64,000 nucleotides of DNA, taken from positions 13,454,001 to 13,518,000 of the forward strand of contig JBHGNT010000016.1 in the NCBI GenBank assembly GCA_043228905.1, given 5' to 3'. The position numbers were made by a program, and so were the translations under genes. This DNA comes from Azolla caroliniana. Taxonomy: Eukaryota > Plantae > Polypodiophyta. The notes under the pieces are model-generated. The model worked only from the letters and a program-made list of their open reading frames with translations, was not told where the DNA came from and searched no databases. Position 1 is the stretch's first letter. Each line of letters opens with the position of its first letter. This document shows positions 47,557 to 60,455 of this stretch, one piece after another.

Positions 47557-50500
47557 TCACTCCGGCATGGGATGTCTGGGTAGTCCAATTCGCTTTCGGC
47601 ATGCGTCCAGCTTGTCGGGCATCAGCACCTTGGTCAACATATCTGACCCATTCTCCTCTGTGTTAATCTTCGTCAGCATGAACTCTCGATCTTCCACTTG
47701 CTCCCGGATCCAGTGGTACCTCCGCTGGATGTGCTTCGTCTTGGAATGATACGCCGTGTTCTTTGCAAGGTGGATGACACTTTGATTGTCGCAATAGAGC
47801 CTGTATTCCTCTTGTTGGATCCCTAGCTCTCCGATGAAGTCCTTCATCCATAATATTTCCTTGCCGGCTTCCACAGCCGCCATGTACTCCACCTCCGTGG
47901 TTGACAACGCAACCTTCTTCTGCAACCTCGACTGCCACGAAACAGCTCCACTTGGATATGTCATAACATATCCCGATGTTGACCGGCTGGTATCCGCATC
48001 AGCCGACATATCTGAATCGGTGAAACCGTTAAGTTGGGGTTTACCGGAGCCGAATCGGAGACACATACTTGAGGTGCCTTTCAAGTACCGGAGTATCCAT
48101 TTTACCGCATTCCAATGCTCCTTGCCGGGATTGCTCATAAACTGGCTCACCACTCTGATTGCATATCCGATATCCAGTCAGGTACACACCATTGCGTACA
48201 TTAAGCTCCTAACGGCAGAGGCATAAGGTATCTTCATCATATCCACCTTCTCTGCCTTCTTCTTCGGGCTTTGCTTGCCGGAAGTGTCGATCCAACCGGT
48301 TTCGCGTCTGACATGTTGAACCATTGAAGCACCTTTGTCACGTATTTCTCCTGTGACAGCCACAATTGCTTCTTTGACCGGTCCCGGATGATATGCATCC
48401 CTAGTATCTGTCTTGCCAGACCTAGCTCTTTCATTGAGAAGGTCTGGTTCAGAGCCTTCTTCAGCATCCGTATCTTGACTTGGTCTCGTCTGACGATCAA
48501 CATGTTGTCCATGTACAGGAGGAGTATCAAGAAGTCTCCACCTTCGAACTTCTTCACAAATACGCAGTGATCGGCCTGCATCTTGTGGTACCCTTGATCG
48601 GTCATGAAGGAGTCGAACTTCAAGTACCATTGCCGGGGAGCCTGCTTCAAACCGTAGACGCTCTTCTTCAACCGGCAAACCAAGTGCTCCTTCCCTTTCT
48701 TCACAAATCCCTCCGGTTGCTGCATGTAGATCTCCTCTTCGAGGTCGCCGTGGAGGAACATCGTCTTCACATCTAACTGCTCTACCTCAAGATCCATGCT
48801 TGCCGCTATGCTCAGCACGGTCCGGATGGAAGTCATCTTTACTACCGGGGCAAATATCTCGTCGAAGTCCATGCCCTTCTTCTGCCGGAACCCTTTCACC
48901 ACGATCTTTGCTTTGTATCTTGGGGGGTTGCAGGCATCTCCATGTTTCAGCTTGTACACCCACTTGTTTCGGAGTGCCCTCTTTCCTTTCGGGAACTCCA
49001 TCAATTCATACATGTGGTTCTCATGCAGGGAATCCATCTCGTCCTACATGGCACTCAACCACTTGCGGCTATGGGTGTCCTCCCTAGATTCTTCGAAGCT
49101 CTCCGGCTCCCCGTCATCGGTTAGCAACACACGTTCTGCATTCGGAAATCTCCGGGGGGACTTCTTTCCCAGAGAGGATATCTCCGTCCCCGGTTTTCGG
49201 TAACCAGCTCCTATGTCTGTTTTTCATCCGAATCCGATTCGGGGTCTTGTTCGGTTCCGGTTTCAACTTCCTCTCCTTCTTCTGCCGGTTCGATATCCTC
49301 ACCGTAACCGGCCGGTTCTTCGAGTGTCAACCGGCTCTTAGCCGGGTAGGTCCGTATCTCATCAAACTAATCCTTACCGGTTGACTCGGAGTTCATTATC
49401 TTCTTCTCCGACTCCCAATCGGCAAGGGTCTTGTCCTCCATGAAGATAATGTCTCGACTCCGGAAAACCTTCTTGTCGACCAGATCCCACACTCGGTAGC
49501 CGAACTTATCATCGCCGTATCCAAGGAATATGCAAGGCCGGGACTTTGGATCCAACTTTGCTCTCCGGTCCTTTGCAACATGCACGTAAGCGAGACACCC
49601 AAACACCTTCAGATGCCAGTAAGACACTTCCTTACTGGTCCACACTCTCTGTGGCGTGTCTCCGTCCAAGGGTACTGAGGGTGATCTATTTATCATGTAA
49701 GTTGTTGTCGTCAGGGCCTCAGCCCAAAACGTCTTGGGTAACTTGGCATGTGCTAGCATACTCCGGACCCTCTCCATTATGGTCCAGTTCATCCTCTCGG
49801 ACAGCCCATTCGAGCCAGATTCCCTTCGAGTGGCAGTACTCCTCAAACTGCCCCCGGTATTCGCCTCCCTTATCTGCTCAAACCTCCTTTAGCTTCCGGC
49901 CAGTTTCTCTTTCCACTCTTGCGTGGAAGTCCTTGAAGACAGATAACACCTGATCCTTGATCTTCAGCGGTGTGGCCCACAGGTTTTGGTTGTGGTAATC
50001 TATGAACGTCACAAAGTACTGTGATCTAGCATGTGACTTCGTGTCCACTTCCCACACATCGGTATGCACCAGCTCCAATGGTGCATTATGTCTCGTCGGT
50101 GGGCTTGAGTGGAAGGAGGTTCGGTTTTGCTTACTGGCTAGGCAGTCTGTGCACTTCTCAAGATGCACGTCTTTCACCGGAATGAGGTTGTCATCGGCAA
50201 GCCTCTTCATCCCCTTCTCGCTCACGTGACACAGTCTCTTGTGCCACAGCTCACCGGCAGTGTCAGATGCAACATTCACTTCATCCTGGCATAACCGGGC
50301 ATTCATTAGGTACAGAGTGTTGACTTTCCGGGCCCGAGCCACTATTAGCCTCCCTTTGCTAAATTTCATGACTCCGTTCCGGATGCTACCCGTGTAGCCT
50401 TCATCGTCTAGCCGACCGGCTGACATTAGGTTTAGTCGAACCTCTGGAACGTGTCGAACATCCTTCAGTAGCAGCTTGCATCCGGTTGATGTCATCAACA

Positions 50501-51550
50501 TCACATCTCCTATGCCGATAATTCGGCATGTCCCTTCATTCCCCATCTGGACACAACCGTGCTCACCGGTTGTGTAGGATGAGAAGCATTTTCGGTCTGG
50601 GGTCAGGTGGAACGACGCTCCGGAATCAACAACCCACGTTGTCTCATCGCTGGCAAGGTTCAACTCACTCTCCTCGGTGATGAGCATCAACTCCTCTTCA
50701 CTTGCCGCGATTGCCGTCGTTCCCTTCCAGTCTTGTCCTCTCCGATCCGAACCGTTTTGGTCCGGTGACTTCTTCGAATCGGTACCGTCGATTCCCTTGT
50801 CTTTCCGGAAATGCTGACAGTTCTTCTGGAAGTGTCCCGGCTTGCCGCAATAGAAGCAAGTGGGCCTCCCCCTTGACTTTGACTGTGTCCCCGACTTTTC
50901 CCGGTTCTAGGGACTCTGATTCCTTTGTCTTCCGCATTCAGATTCAGTAAGGAGCGCTTTGGAGTCAGAGCTCGTATCCTTGTCTTTCCAACGCACCTCC
51001 TCATCTAGCAAGCTCGACTTGACTCTTTCTAGGGATAATTGTTTTCCTTCCGGCCTTGCGTAGCCCAAAGTGACAACTAACTTCTCCCAACTATCTGGGA
51101 GGGAACCGAGCAGGAGTAGAGCAAGTACCTCATCGGCGAGAGGTACTTCCAATGAGGTTGCCTAGTGAATCAGCCCCTGGAAGGCATTCATGTGCTCTGC
51201 CATACTGGAGCCGTCTTGGTACTGAAGCCTCACTAGCTTCTGAAATACTGAAACCCGATTAACAGCATTCTTGTTCTCAAACATAATGTCGATCTTCTCC
51301 CAGAGTTCATGAACCTTGCTCTCTTCATTGAAGTTGTTGTACAGGCTCATGTCGATGAAGCACCGGATGTATGCCATTGTCTTCATGTGCGTCACCTCCC
51401 ACACCGTGGCGTCGATCTTGTTCGGTCACTTGTCCCCGAACTGAACCGGAAACCAAAGATCTTTGACCATGAGCATGGCCCTCATCTTCGACTTCCACAC
51501 TAAGTAGTTGGAGCCAGTGAGCTTGAACATGCCTCCCAATGAATCTTCCA
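47557..51550 (-). pseudogene. Copia G gag-pol, disrupted
   Basis: LLGSLPDSWE, WVVDSGAS, WHKRLCH, QLDVKTMFLHG, YMDNML, FTDSD, TKHIQRRYH. Confidence 0.9.
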
Positions 51551-51785
51551 TTTTTCTGTGTCATTTCGCTCTGATACCAGATTGTAGAAAATATGCGGAG
51601 TATTCATCGGCCACAATCGAGACTTAGATCACTTAATGATAATCAAACACAGAAGAAATGAGAAATGGAAGTAAGTACACAAACATAAGAGAATGCACAC
51701 GATGTTAACGTGGAAACCCTAAATGGGAAAAACCACATGAGCCCACAGACTCCGAACTATCACTATGTAAGGAGAATACAATAGA

Positions 51786-54700
51786 GGGGTGGCATGTTTG
51801 ATTAAGAAGGAAATAGAGAAATATGTGTCAATCATAAAAAATGATGAAAATAAATGCTACATATGGCTCAAAATAGAAACACCTAATGATTTACCCACTT
51901 TTGTAGTTGGATGTTACATTCCTCATCAAGATTCTAACTTTTATGCTTGTTTGGATAAAGATCAACCGTTTGCCAATCTAGAAGATGATATTGCTTATTT
52001 CAAATCCAAAGGGGAAGTTATTGTCTTTGGTGACATGAATGCTCGTACAAGAAGTTTCCAACTTGATTCACAAGAATCTTTCATGCCACATATCTCAAGG
52101 ATGCAAGAGGATATGCAAATGTATAACCGCTCTTCTAGCGATGAAAAAGATCTGGACCAATTTGGGAAGTTACTCCTACAAATGTGCAATAGTACCGGAT
52201 TGCTTATTGCAAATGGTATTTCCTTATGGCCCAACACTAATGGTTTTACATGTAGAAAACACAACGGAAATAGTGTGATTGATTATGTGCTACTTTCCGA
52301 AGGTATTTTGGATTGTATACATAAATTCTCACTTGGTGAATGGACACCAGAATCCGATCATAGGCCTTTATGTATTGATCTCAAATGTATGCACAGGTTT
52401 GATTGTGAGAAGGCTATTGAAGATAATAAACAACCGCACTTGAGCATGAACCTTAAGCGAGCACCCATGTATTCCAAGATGGTTGAGGATATGTTACAAA
52501 TGACAAAGATACAACATGGTGCCACATTAGAATGCAAATGGGAAGCTTTCAAGAAAGTCATTCACTCATGTACAAAAAAATGTTTTTCGACCAAGCGCAC
52601 ATCTTGGAAATGCACCAAGAAACTTAGGAAAAAATGGTTTGATAAAGAATGTTGTGAAGCTCGAAAGTGCCTTATGGTTTTGGATGTAGTTAAGGATAAA
52701 GAGAATTACCAAAAGCATTTGCATGAGTATAAAAGCCTTATTCAAAGAAAGAGAAGAATATGGGAAGTTACTCAACAATTTATCCAAACGCAAGAGAAAG
52801 CACATGCATGTGCTAAATTTTGGGGAAATCTAAAGGGAAAACATGTTGAGAGTTATGGTGACTTAACTCTTCACGACTTGTCTATGCATTGTAAGAATTT
52901 ATATGAGTTATCTCTTGCCGGAAAGATGATGTGTTAAGGTTCTCTTTCACATATGCCTCCCTTCTTTACAATTGAAGATATATGCATAATTGGCCTCTCG
53001 AAAGGCAAGCGATCTTCAATGTCTAAAGGTTGAAATGCTCAAATGGACGGGAAAGGAAGCACATATATGGATAAGCGATATGTTTAATGATGCATTGCAA
53101 CATGGTATGCCGCACGATTGGACTACAAATTGGATCAATCTTTACATAAAGGTGGAGATATAAATAATGTAAAAAACTATCGAACCATCATGGTTGGCTC
53201 ATTAATGGAAAAACTATTTGGATGTATAATGGAATCAAAGATAAGTGTATGGGCTGAAAAAAGTGGTAAGAGAGCTTATGGACAAGCTGGCTTTCGGAAA
53301 CACCATAGCACCATTGATCACCTTATCACCCTTCGAGTATTAATGGAGGAAAGTCGCCTTAGAGGTAAAGGTTTATATTGTTGCTTTGTAGACTTCAAGA
53401 AAGGTTTTGATATGGTACCTTCTGAGCATCTTTGGAGGCAAATGGAAGAACTTTGAGGTGCCAAGTGAATATATGCTTGCAATTTCCCGAATTTATGAGA
53501 AGGTTATATGTTGTGTGCGCATGAGAGATAAACTTTCAGATTTTTTCAAAAGCACTATTGGTGTTAAGCAAGGATGCCCACTCTCACCAACACTATTTGG
53601 TCTATGCATTGATGAATTGGAAGAAATGGTTACCAAGTTTGCAAAGGAAGAATGTGTTGAAGAAGTTGCCATTGGGAATGTTGTGATTATGCTTTTGCTA
53701 TATACAGATGATGTAGTGCTTTTTGCAAATACTTTAGGAGATGCACAAAAGCTTATGAAGGCATTGGAAATTTTTTGCATGCATACTAAATTAAGTGTCA
53801 ATAGCTCTAAAACAAAGATTATGCTTGTGAAGAGCCAAAAAAGAGATAAACCATGCCTTATGTACAACAATGAGCCACTTGAATGTGTGGAAAGCTTCAA
53901 ATATCTTGGTCTTGATTTTCCTTCAAATCATAGATGGAATGAATGTGCTACACGCCACTTAGAGGCGGGCAAGCGAGCATACTATGCATTTGAGAACACG
54001 TGCAATCTTGGAGATATTAAGTGTTGGGTCCTCAAGAAATATCTTTTCGACACTTTGGTGACACCGGTTCTTCTCTATGGGGTGGAAGTATGGGGCGGTA
54101 GCATCCCTAAATCTATGTGGAAAGAGTTTGAAAATGTCAAAAAGCATTTTCTTACCAAGTTTGTACAAGTTAAGAAACAAACGCCCTACACCCTCCTCCT
54201 TGAGATAGGATCGCTTCCCATTGAGATCATGGCCATGGAAAGGGTTGTTGAATACATGCTTAAGGTTCAAAAAAGTCCCTCACATCGACTTCCTAGAATT
54301 GTGTGGGAAGCAAGCAAAAAGATCCAAAAGACGCATAAAAGCAAAATTTTGTGTTCCGGTTGGATGCAAGATATAGAAAAATGGTTTGGTAGACGGGATG
54401 CGAGACACTTGCTTCATGATGCATCATTAGATTCCTCTGTAAATGAGGCATTTTTGCAACGCCAATGTATCATGACATGGGACAAATGTGGAGGCTCACG
54501 CTTCACACATTATACTACACATGTTGCACCTAACTACAAAACCATATTCTTTGCGGAACGGGAAATCGTACACATCCATACATGTTAGAGCCCATACCAT
54601 TATTTGCCATTCGAACCATTGCTTCCATGCGACTTAGCTCACATGCATTGCGATGTGAAACAGGGCGTTGGGGTACAAGTGATGAGAGTGGTCGGCTATG

Positions 54701-54998
54701 CACACTTTGCCCTAAACAAGTTCGCGAGTCTGAGTATCACACTTTGATACAATGCTCTGCCTTTGATCATATTCGACCATGCTTTCCATATCTCTTCGAT
54801 CGAGCCCAATCTTTGCATGAATTCCTCTCACAACCACAATGTGCACTCTCGATTGCAACATTCATTGGTAAAGTTCTTGAACATCGAGAGTCACTACTCA
54901 CTTTCACACGTATCACATGAAATGTAATATTTTTGGTCTCATAGGTCATATTTGACCTCCAAAGATGATAATATAATCTATCTATCTATATATCTATC
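51786..54998 (+). mobile_element. Non-LTR retrotransposon (RTE/RTE-X-like), 5'-truncated, APE endonuclease + RT
   Basis: GDMNAR, SVIDY, SDHRP; QAGFR, GVKQGCPLSP, YTDD; C-terminal RLSSH..C..C..H..C; (TATC)n tail. Confidence 0.92.
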
Positions 54999-55310
54999 TC
55001 TTTCACTCTACAACGCTCTGTACAGCAGTTACACCAAAAATGACCAACAACGATGATCGTGTTTGCCCTAGGTCATATTTATACTAATATGACTTTTGGG
55101 CTATTTACAAATATAGCCACAATGGGCTAACGGAAACATATTTACATCTATGTCCCTTCATCCGGTGTGAGGTTCTCACCAGGTCTTCCTTACCGGGTAC
55201 TCATCATGCAATTCTCATCGGGTCTATGTCATCCAATTCTCATCGGGCCTTCATCATCCGGTTCTCATCGGGCCTTCATCATCCCATCTGGAGGGACCAA
55301 GATCCTAACA

Positions 55311-55778
55311 CATTTGCGAGTAAGATTCTTGAACCTACTCAATGTCAGTATACCGTTCAAGAAAATGAATTATTTGCAATTATCCATGCACTAAAGTCAT
55401 GGTGTCATTACCTTTATGGAAATCATTTTGTGGTAACTACAGATCAGGAATCCTTGAACTATTTTTGTGACCATCAAGAGCTTAAGGTTCATAAGGCACG
55501 ATGGTCATATCTCATCGAGGACTTTGACTTTTCCCTACGATATCGTGAGGGTTCCATGAAAACTGTCACTAATGGACTAAGTTGCATCCGTGAGGTTAAC
55601 ATGCTTAGCTTCACTAAAATAGAATTAGAACTTTATAATCACCTTCCAGGAAAGTATCATGATGACAATTATTTTGGAAAATATTTGTCAAGAGTTGAGT
55701 TTGGAACTGTTGAGAGTCGAACTCAACTTCCCATAGTAATAGGTTTCACACTAGCTCATGGTCATATCATGCTAGTTT
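55311..55778 (+). pseudogene. Gypsy RNase H fragment
   Basis: YTVQENELFAIIHALKSWCHYLYG..TDQESL..ARW. Confidence 0.8.
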
Positions 55779-56990
55779 TGTAAATAGTAGAAAGGGCCCT
55801 TGCCCTAGTTTAGTTGGTATTTAAACCATACCCTTGTAACTTAGTTATTGTTGGAAGTATTTTGGTTAATGTATCTCTGTCTCTCTGTTTCTCTTTTTGC
55901 CTTACGTACACACACACACATAGTCCTTCCCCTGCATCTCAACTACTCTTGCTCCTTGTTTCTTTACATGGTATCAGAGCGTGTGGTTGCATAATCGAAT
56001 CTATTCATCTGTGTTGTGGTACACGCCGACGATCAATAGAACCAACTTATCAACAGAGAAGAAATCGACATAATGAACACTCAGATGGGAAGCGTTCTTC
56101 CTACGGAGAAACTTAACAGAACGAACTTTGCTTCTTGGGAATACAAGATGAATCAATACCTTGTCGGAGAAGGTTATTGGAGCTACATTGAAGGAGCTCA
56201 CGAAACACAACCCAACCCAACACACGCCGACTATCCCGCTTGGGATCAGGCTGCAAGCTGTGTGTTGTATTGCTTGGCATCATGCGTACATGATCCCATT
56301 CTTGGATATATTAGAGAGGCAAAAACACGGAAAGAATCTTGGGGAAATCTCAAGAAGATTTTTGCGGCCAACACGGATGCGCAAAAGCTCCAACTTCGAC
56401 AGGAGCTAAACAACATGCAACAGAGGGACATGTCGATCACAAGCTATACCTTAAGGATCAAGGAGTTGTGTGATGCCCTCGGTTCGACTAATGTTGTAAT
56501 CGATGATGAAGAGATAGTGCAAATATGCCTTGGTGGCTTAGCAACCCAATTTGGCTCAATTAGATCGGCCATCCTTGTAAGGGAGAACCCTCCTTCATTT
56601 TTCAATCTCCAATCAATACTGTTGGTTGAGCAAAATCACTTCAAAGAGAGGAGCAACGCACCAGAGGGTCATATGCTCTACTCCCAGTCAGATGATAGAA
56701 GAAATTTCAGCCGAGTAAATAGAGGTCGATTCGAACAAGGCCATAATGGTTGGCAGACCCAAGAGCATAACTCCCATCAATGGCAAACGGATAGGAACAA
56801 TCCCAGAGAGTTCTGAAAAAGGGGGAGTCATCACGTCGGACCAAGCAATCGTAATAACCCAATTGAATGCGGGTATTACGGAAAACTCAGCCATTACGAA
56901 GAGGAATGCCGAAAGAAGAAACGAGAGATGGGTCGACAACTTACAAACTACGCCATGAATTCCGACTATGGTGAACGTAGAGGAATGTTC
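55779..56990 (+). mobile_element. Ty1/Copia element H, 5' part (LTR 55779-55968, PBS-Met 55969-55980, gag 56073-~56990)
   Basis: TGTAAA..TTTACA, TGGTATCAGAGC, EKLNRTNFASWEYKM, degenerate zinc knuckle. Confidence 0.88.
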
Positions 56991-59900
56991 CTAATTGAAA
57001 AGAATAGATGGTGATTCTTGTGTGGCGGAATAGATGTGCGTTACGTGTGTATATGTGTGAGAGAAAAGGGAGGAGAGAAAAGAGAAGCCAAGATAGATAA
57101 AATAGAGGAAAATAGAATACTCAAGAAGAAGAAGTATATTTCACAAGTAGAATAGAGATACAAAAATGTAGCATTACAAGGAGTCACAGAGAAGGGTGCT
57201 TTATATATAGTCACCCTCTCTCTTCATTAACTAAATACAACAACTACTCTCTCTTGGGGAATGTGAAGAATCATAGTCATAGGGAATATGTAAATCATTA
57301 GTTATGTGTAGAGAGTAGTGGTGTGACTCTTGACCTTTGAGTAATCATAGATTCTCAAAAGGTGTGTTCACACGTTGTGCTATGTTGAGCTTGATTCTCA
57401 ACACGCCCCCTCAAGCTCAACTCGGGTTGGTTGCTTTTGGTTGATGTCCGCTTTGGTCGGTATCTAGTTCGGACGATCTCCGGTGTCCGCTTCGGGTCAT
57501 ACCCGGTTCGGGCGGTATTCCAGTTCTCGCTTGTACTCCTCTTCAAGCTTGGCAAATCTAGGATCATCAATCTAAGGTTTGACATGAATTACTGAAGCTT
57601 GTTTGCTCCTAGGGCCTTGGTGAAGATGTCGGCCGTTTGAAGATTCGTGTTGATGTGTTGAAGGTCGACATCTCTAGTCTGCACACGCTCTCGAATGAAC
57701 TGATAGTGCACTTGGATATGCTTTGTGCGTGCGTTGTCGTGAAGATTTTTGGCAACGGTGTGAAAATCACATGGAACGAGGAAAATCGAGGTCCAATATG
57801 CACATGTATGGAAGGGGTGATGGTTAATGTGCATGTGTGATGTGTGTTTAGGTGTTCATTACACATATATATAATAAGCCTAACGCATACAATGAGTTGC
57901 AACTAAAGGTTTTGAACCTTACACCTCCAAGATAGGAGGCAATAGACATACCATTAGACTAGGTGGTTTTATTTGAAAGTTATTATTGTTCATTGTACTG
58001 TTTCACACGAAACTATTTGTACATGAGAGCTTAGATAAGGTACATGGTCATCATGCATCGCATCCATCTCATGCATTGTATGCATGTACTACACCCTCAC
58101 ATGCACATATGCATGGGGGCATCTATATAAGAAGGAGAGAGAGGGAAAGAAAAGGGGGGAGGAATGTATGCAATCAATAATAATTAATAAGTTCTAGTTA
58201 TATCATTGGCAAAGTGTCTTCTATCTCAATTTCGAAGTCAAAGGTTCAAACCGGGAATAGGAATTCCCGCCTGTATCTATCTATCAATTTATCTTTAATA
58301 CTTCTCTCTTGCGCTAGTCCTTCCTCGGTTCCGTTATCTTGAACGATCCCATCATCAATCCTCCATAACCACTAGCGGATAGAGGCCCGATGCTTGTCCG
58401 CGCTTGTGATACGCACATCTCGACGTTTGGCACGTGTGTCACGTGCCACGTGACAGTGTGAAACACCGGGTTACAAGCCAAATAAATATTGCTTATGTTG
58501 TTACAGTAAAGGCCGAATACAAGGGTGCTTCACATGCAGCTACGACTGCGCCCCTGTATTCGGCCTTCGTACTCGAAAGTGCGACGGTAGGCTGCTTCTT
58601 ACTACTCCAAGATATTGCTCCACTACCAAGCGAGAACACAAATCCGGAGGTTGATCGTCGATCAGCTTTGTAGCCGGCCCAATCGGCATTCATGTACCCT
58701 GTGAGTCGAATTGGTGTGGTCGATGCGTAAAGAATGCCGTAATCCATTGTGCAGCTCACGTATCGTAATACTCGCTTAGCGCAATCGAAATGGGTATCTC
58801 GCGGAGTTTGCATGAATTCGCTAAGGAGTCCGACTGGATAGCTAAGGTCAGGTCGAGTGATCGTGAGATAGATAAGACTACCAATGAGTTGTCGATATTG
58901 AGTCGGCTCACACTTTTCTGTGCCGGAGTCGACATCTAACTTGAGGTTTCGATCAAGGGGCGTAGCAACCGATTTACACCTAGTCATCCCAAACTTGTAT
59001 AACAAGTTGAGGATGTAGTGCCGTTGAGAGATCATAATGCCGGTCGGAATCCGAATTACCTCGATGCCAAGGAAGTAATGGAGCTCCTTCATGTCCTTCA
59101 TCTCGAAGTTGTTGGATAAGAGAGACTTCAACTTGTACATGTCGACTAAATGCTCACCTCCAATAACTAGATCATCCATGTATAGGATGATGACAATTGG
59201 GCTTTTAGACTCATTTCGTACATAGAGGTAGTTGTCGTATTTCGACATTTAGAAGCCAAATTTATGAAGATATTGCGTAATCTTCGAATGCCCCGTAGAG
59301 AGGCTTCTTGAGTTGGCATAAGGCTTTCGGATGAATGTGCGATTCGAAGCTGGGTGGTTGTACCATGTACACCTCCTCTTCTAATTCTCCTTGGAGCAAG
59401 GCATTATGGAAGTCCATTTGGTGGAGATGCCACCCTTTCGCCGCTGCAAGTGCGATCACGGTCCACACAATTGCCATCTTTGCCACCGGGGCAAAGGTCT
59501 CTTCGTAGTCAACTCCATGTGTTCGTGCGTATCCTTTCGCTACGAGTCAGGATTTGTAGCGGTTTATGGAGCCATCAACGTTATATTTCACCTTGTAAAT
59601 CCATCTACAGCCGATTGCCTTCTTGTGCGGTGAGTGAAGAACGAGATCCCATGTGTCGTTCTTGCATAGTGCACGCATCTCCTCGTCCATTGCTTCAATC
59701 CATCGCGGGTCCTTCGCCGCTTTGGAACAGGTTTCCAGCTCCCGTACTGTTGCTACCTTCATCATAAAGGCGTAATGGTACGCCTGTATACTCATCATAG
59801 CCAAAACGGCTTACTGGATTCTTTTCTTGGGTGGATCGGCGGAGCTTCTCGTTTGTAGATTCTAAGGTTTTCTTCACTCCATTTGTCTGGATGTCAAGGC

Positions 59901-60455
59901 TTTCGAACTCACTATCAAGGGAGTGAGTCGATTCGATGCCATCGAAATGATCGTCTTCATACTCCGGCACTTTGGCCTTCCCTTTGTCCAGCTTCGGACT
60001 TGATCGAGATGTTCTTTGGTTGCTCAAAGGCTCTTGTGGTCCACTCAGTCGGGTCGTGATCGGACTTTCTTTGAACATGCGCATGATGTGATCTTCATCG
60101 TATATCTCTCGTTCGGCGAATTCCAGGTCGAGCAAAGTCGTAGTCGTAGTTCTCTCTGGTGCGTACCATGATGCGGTCTCGTCGAAGACTACAACTCAAC
60201 TCACAAGAACCTTCGAAGTCGAGGCGTTATAACATTTGTATCTCCAATGAGTATCCTACGAGGATACATTTCTCCAACTTTGGGTCGAGCTTTTGTCGCT
60301 TTTCGTCGTGGATGTGCACATACGCAATGGAGCTGAATATCCGAACATGTGATAGATCCAGCTTCTTCCCGAAACACTTCTTGTGCGGCGTGAGGTCATG
60401 TACGCCGGATGTCGTACACCGATTCATAAGATAGAAGACCATGTTGTCCGCTTCC
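56990..60455 (-). mobile_element. Ty1/Copia element I, 3' part (INT C-terminus, RT, RH, PPT, 3' LTR ~56990-57403)
   Basis: KLDPKLEKCILVGYS, CRWIYKVK, YMDDL, NADWAG, ARTKHIQVHY; PPT TTGAGGGGGCG. Confidence 0.87.
57760..58508. other. Foreign filler inside I RNase H containing a tRNA-like (SINE-like) motif at 57908-57961 (-) and a G-box cluster
   Basis: Interrupts RH between ACEA and HARTKH; TAGTCTAATGGT...GGTTCAAAACC. Confidence 0.55.

Larger units (their letters stand above)
47494..55310 (-). mobile_element. Ty1/Copia element G; 3' LTR reduced to 47494-47546, 5' LTR (51583-55310) split by a LINE
   Basis: PBS-Met 51568-51579, PPT next to 47547; LTR end repeated at 55258-55310. Confidence 0.9.

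Noticed and set aside
56986-56996. TGTTCCTAATT shared with the end of LTR L (~60877)
   Set aside because: 11-bp match with no flanking similarity; probably chance
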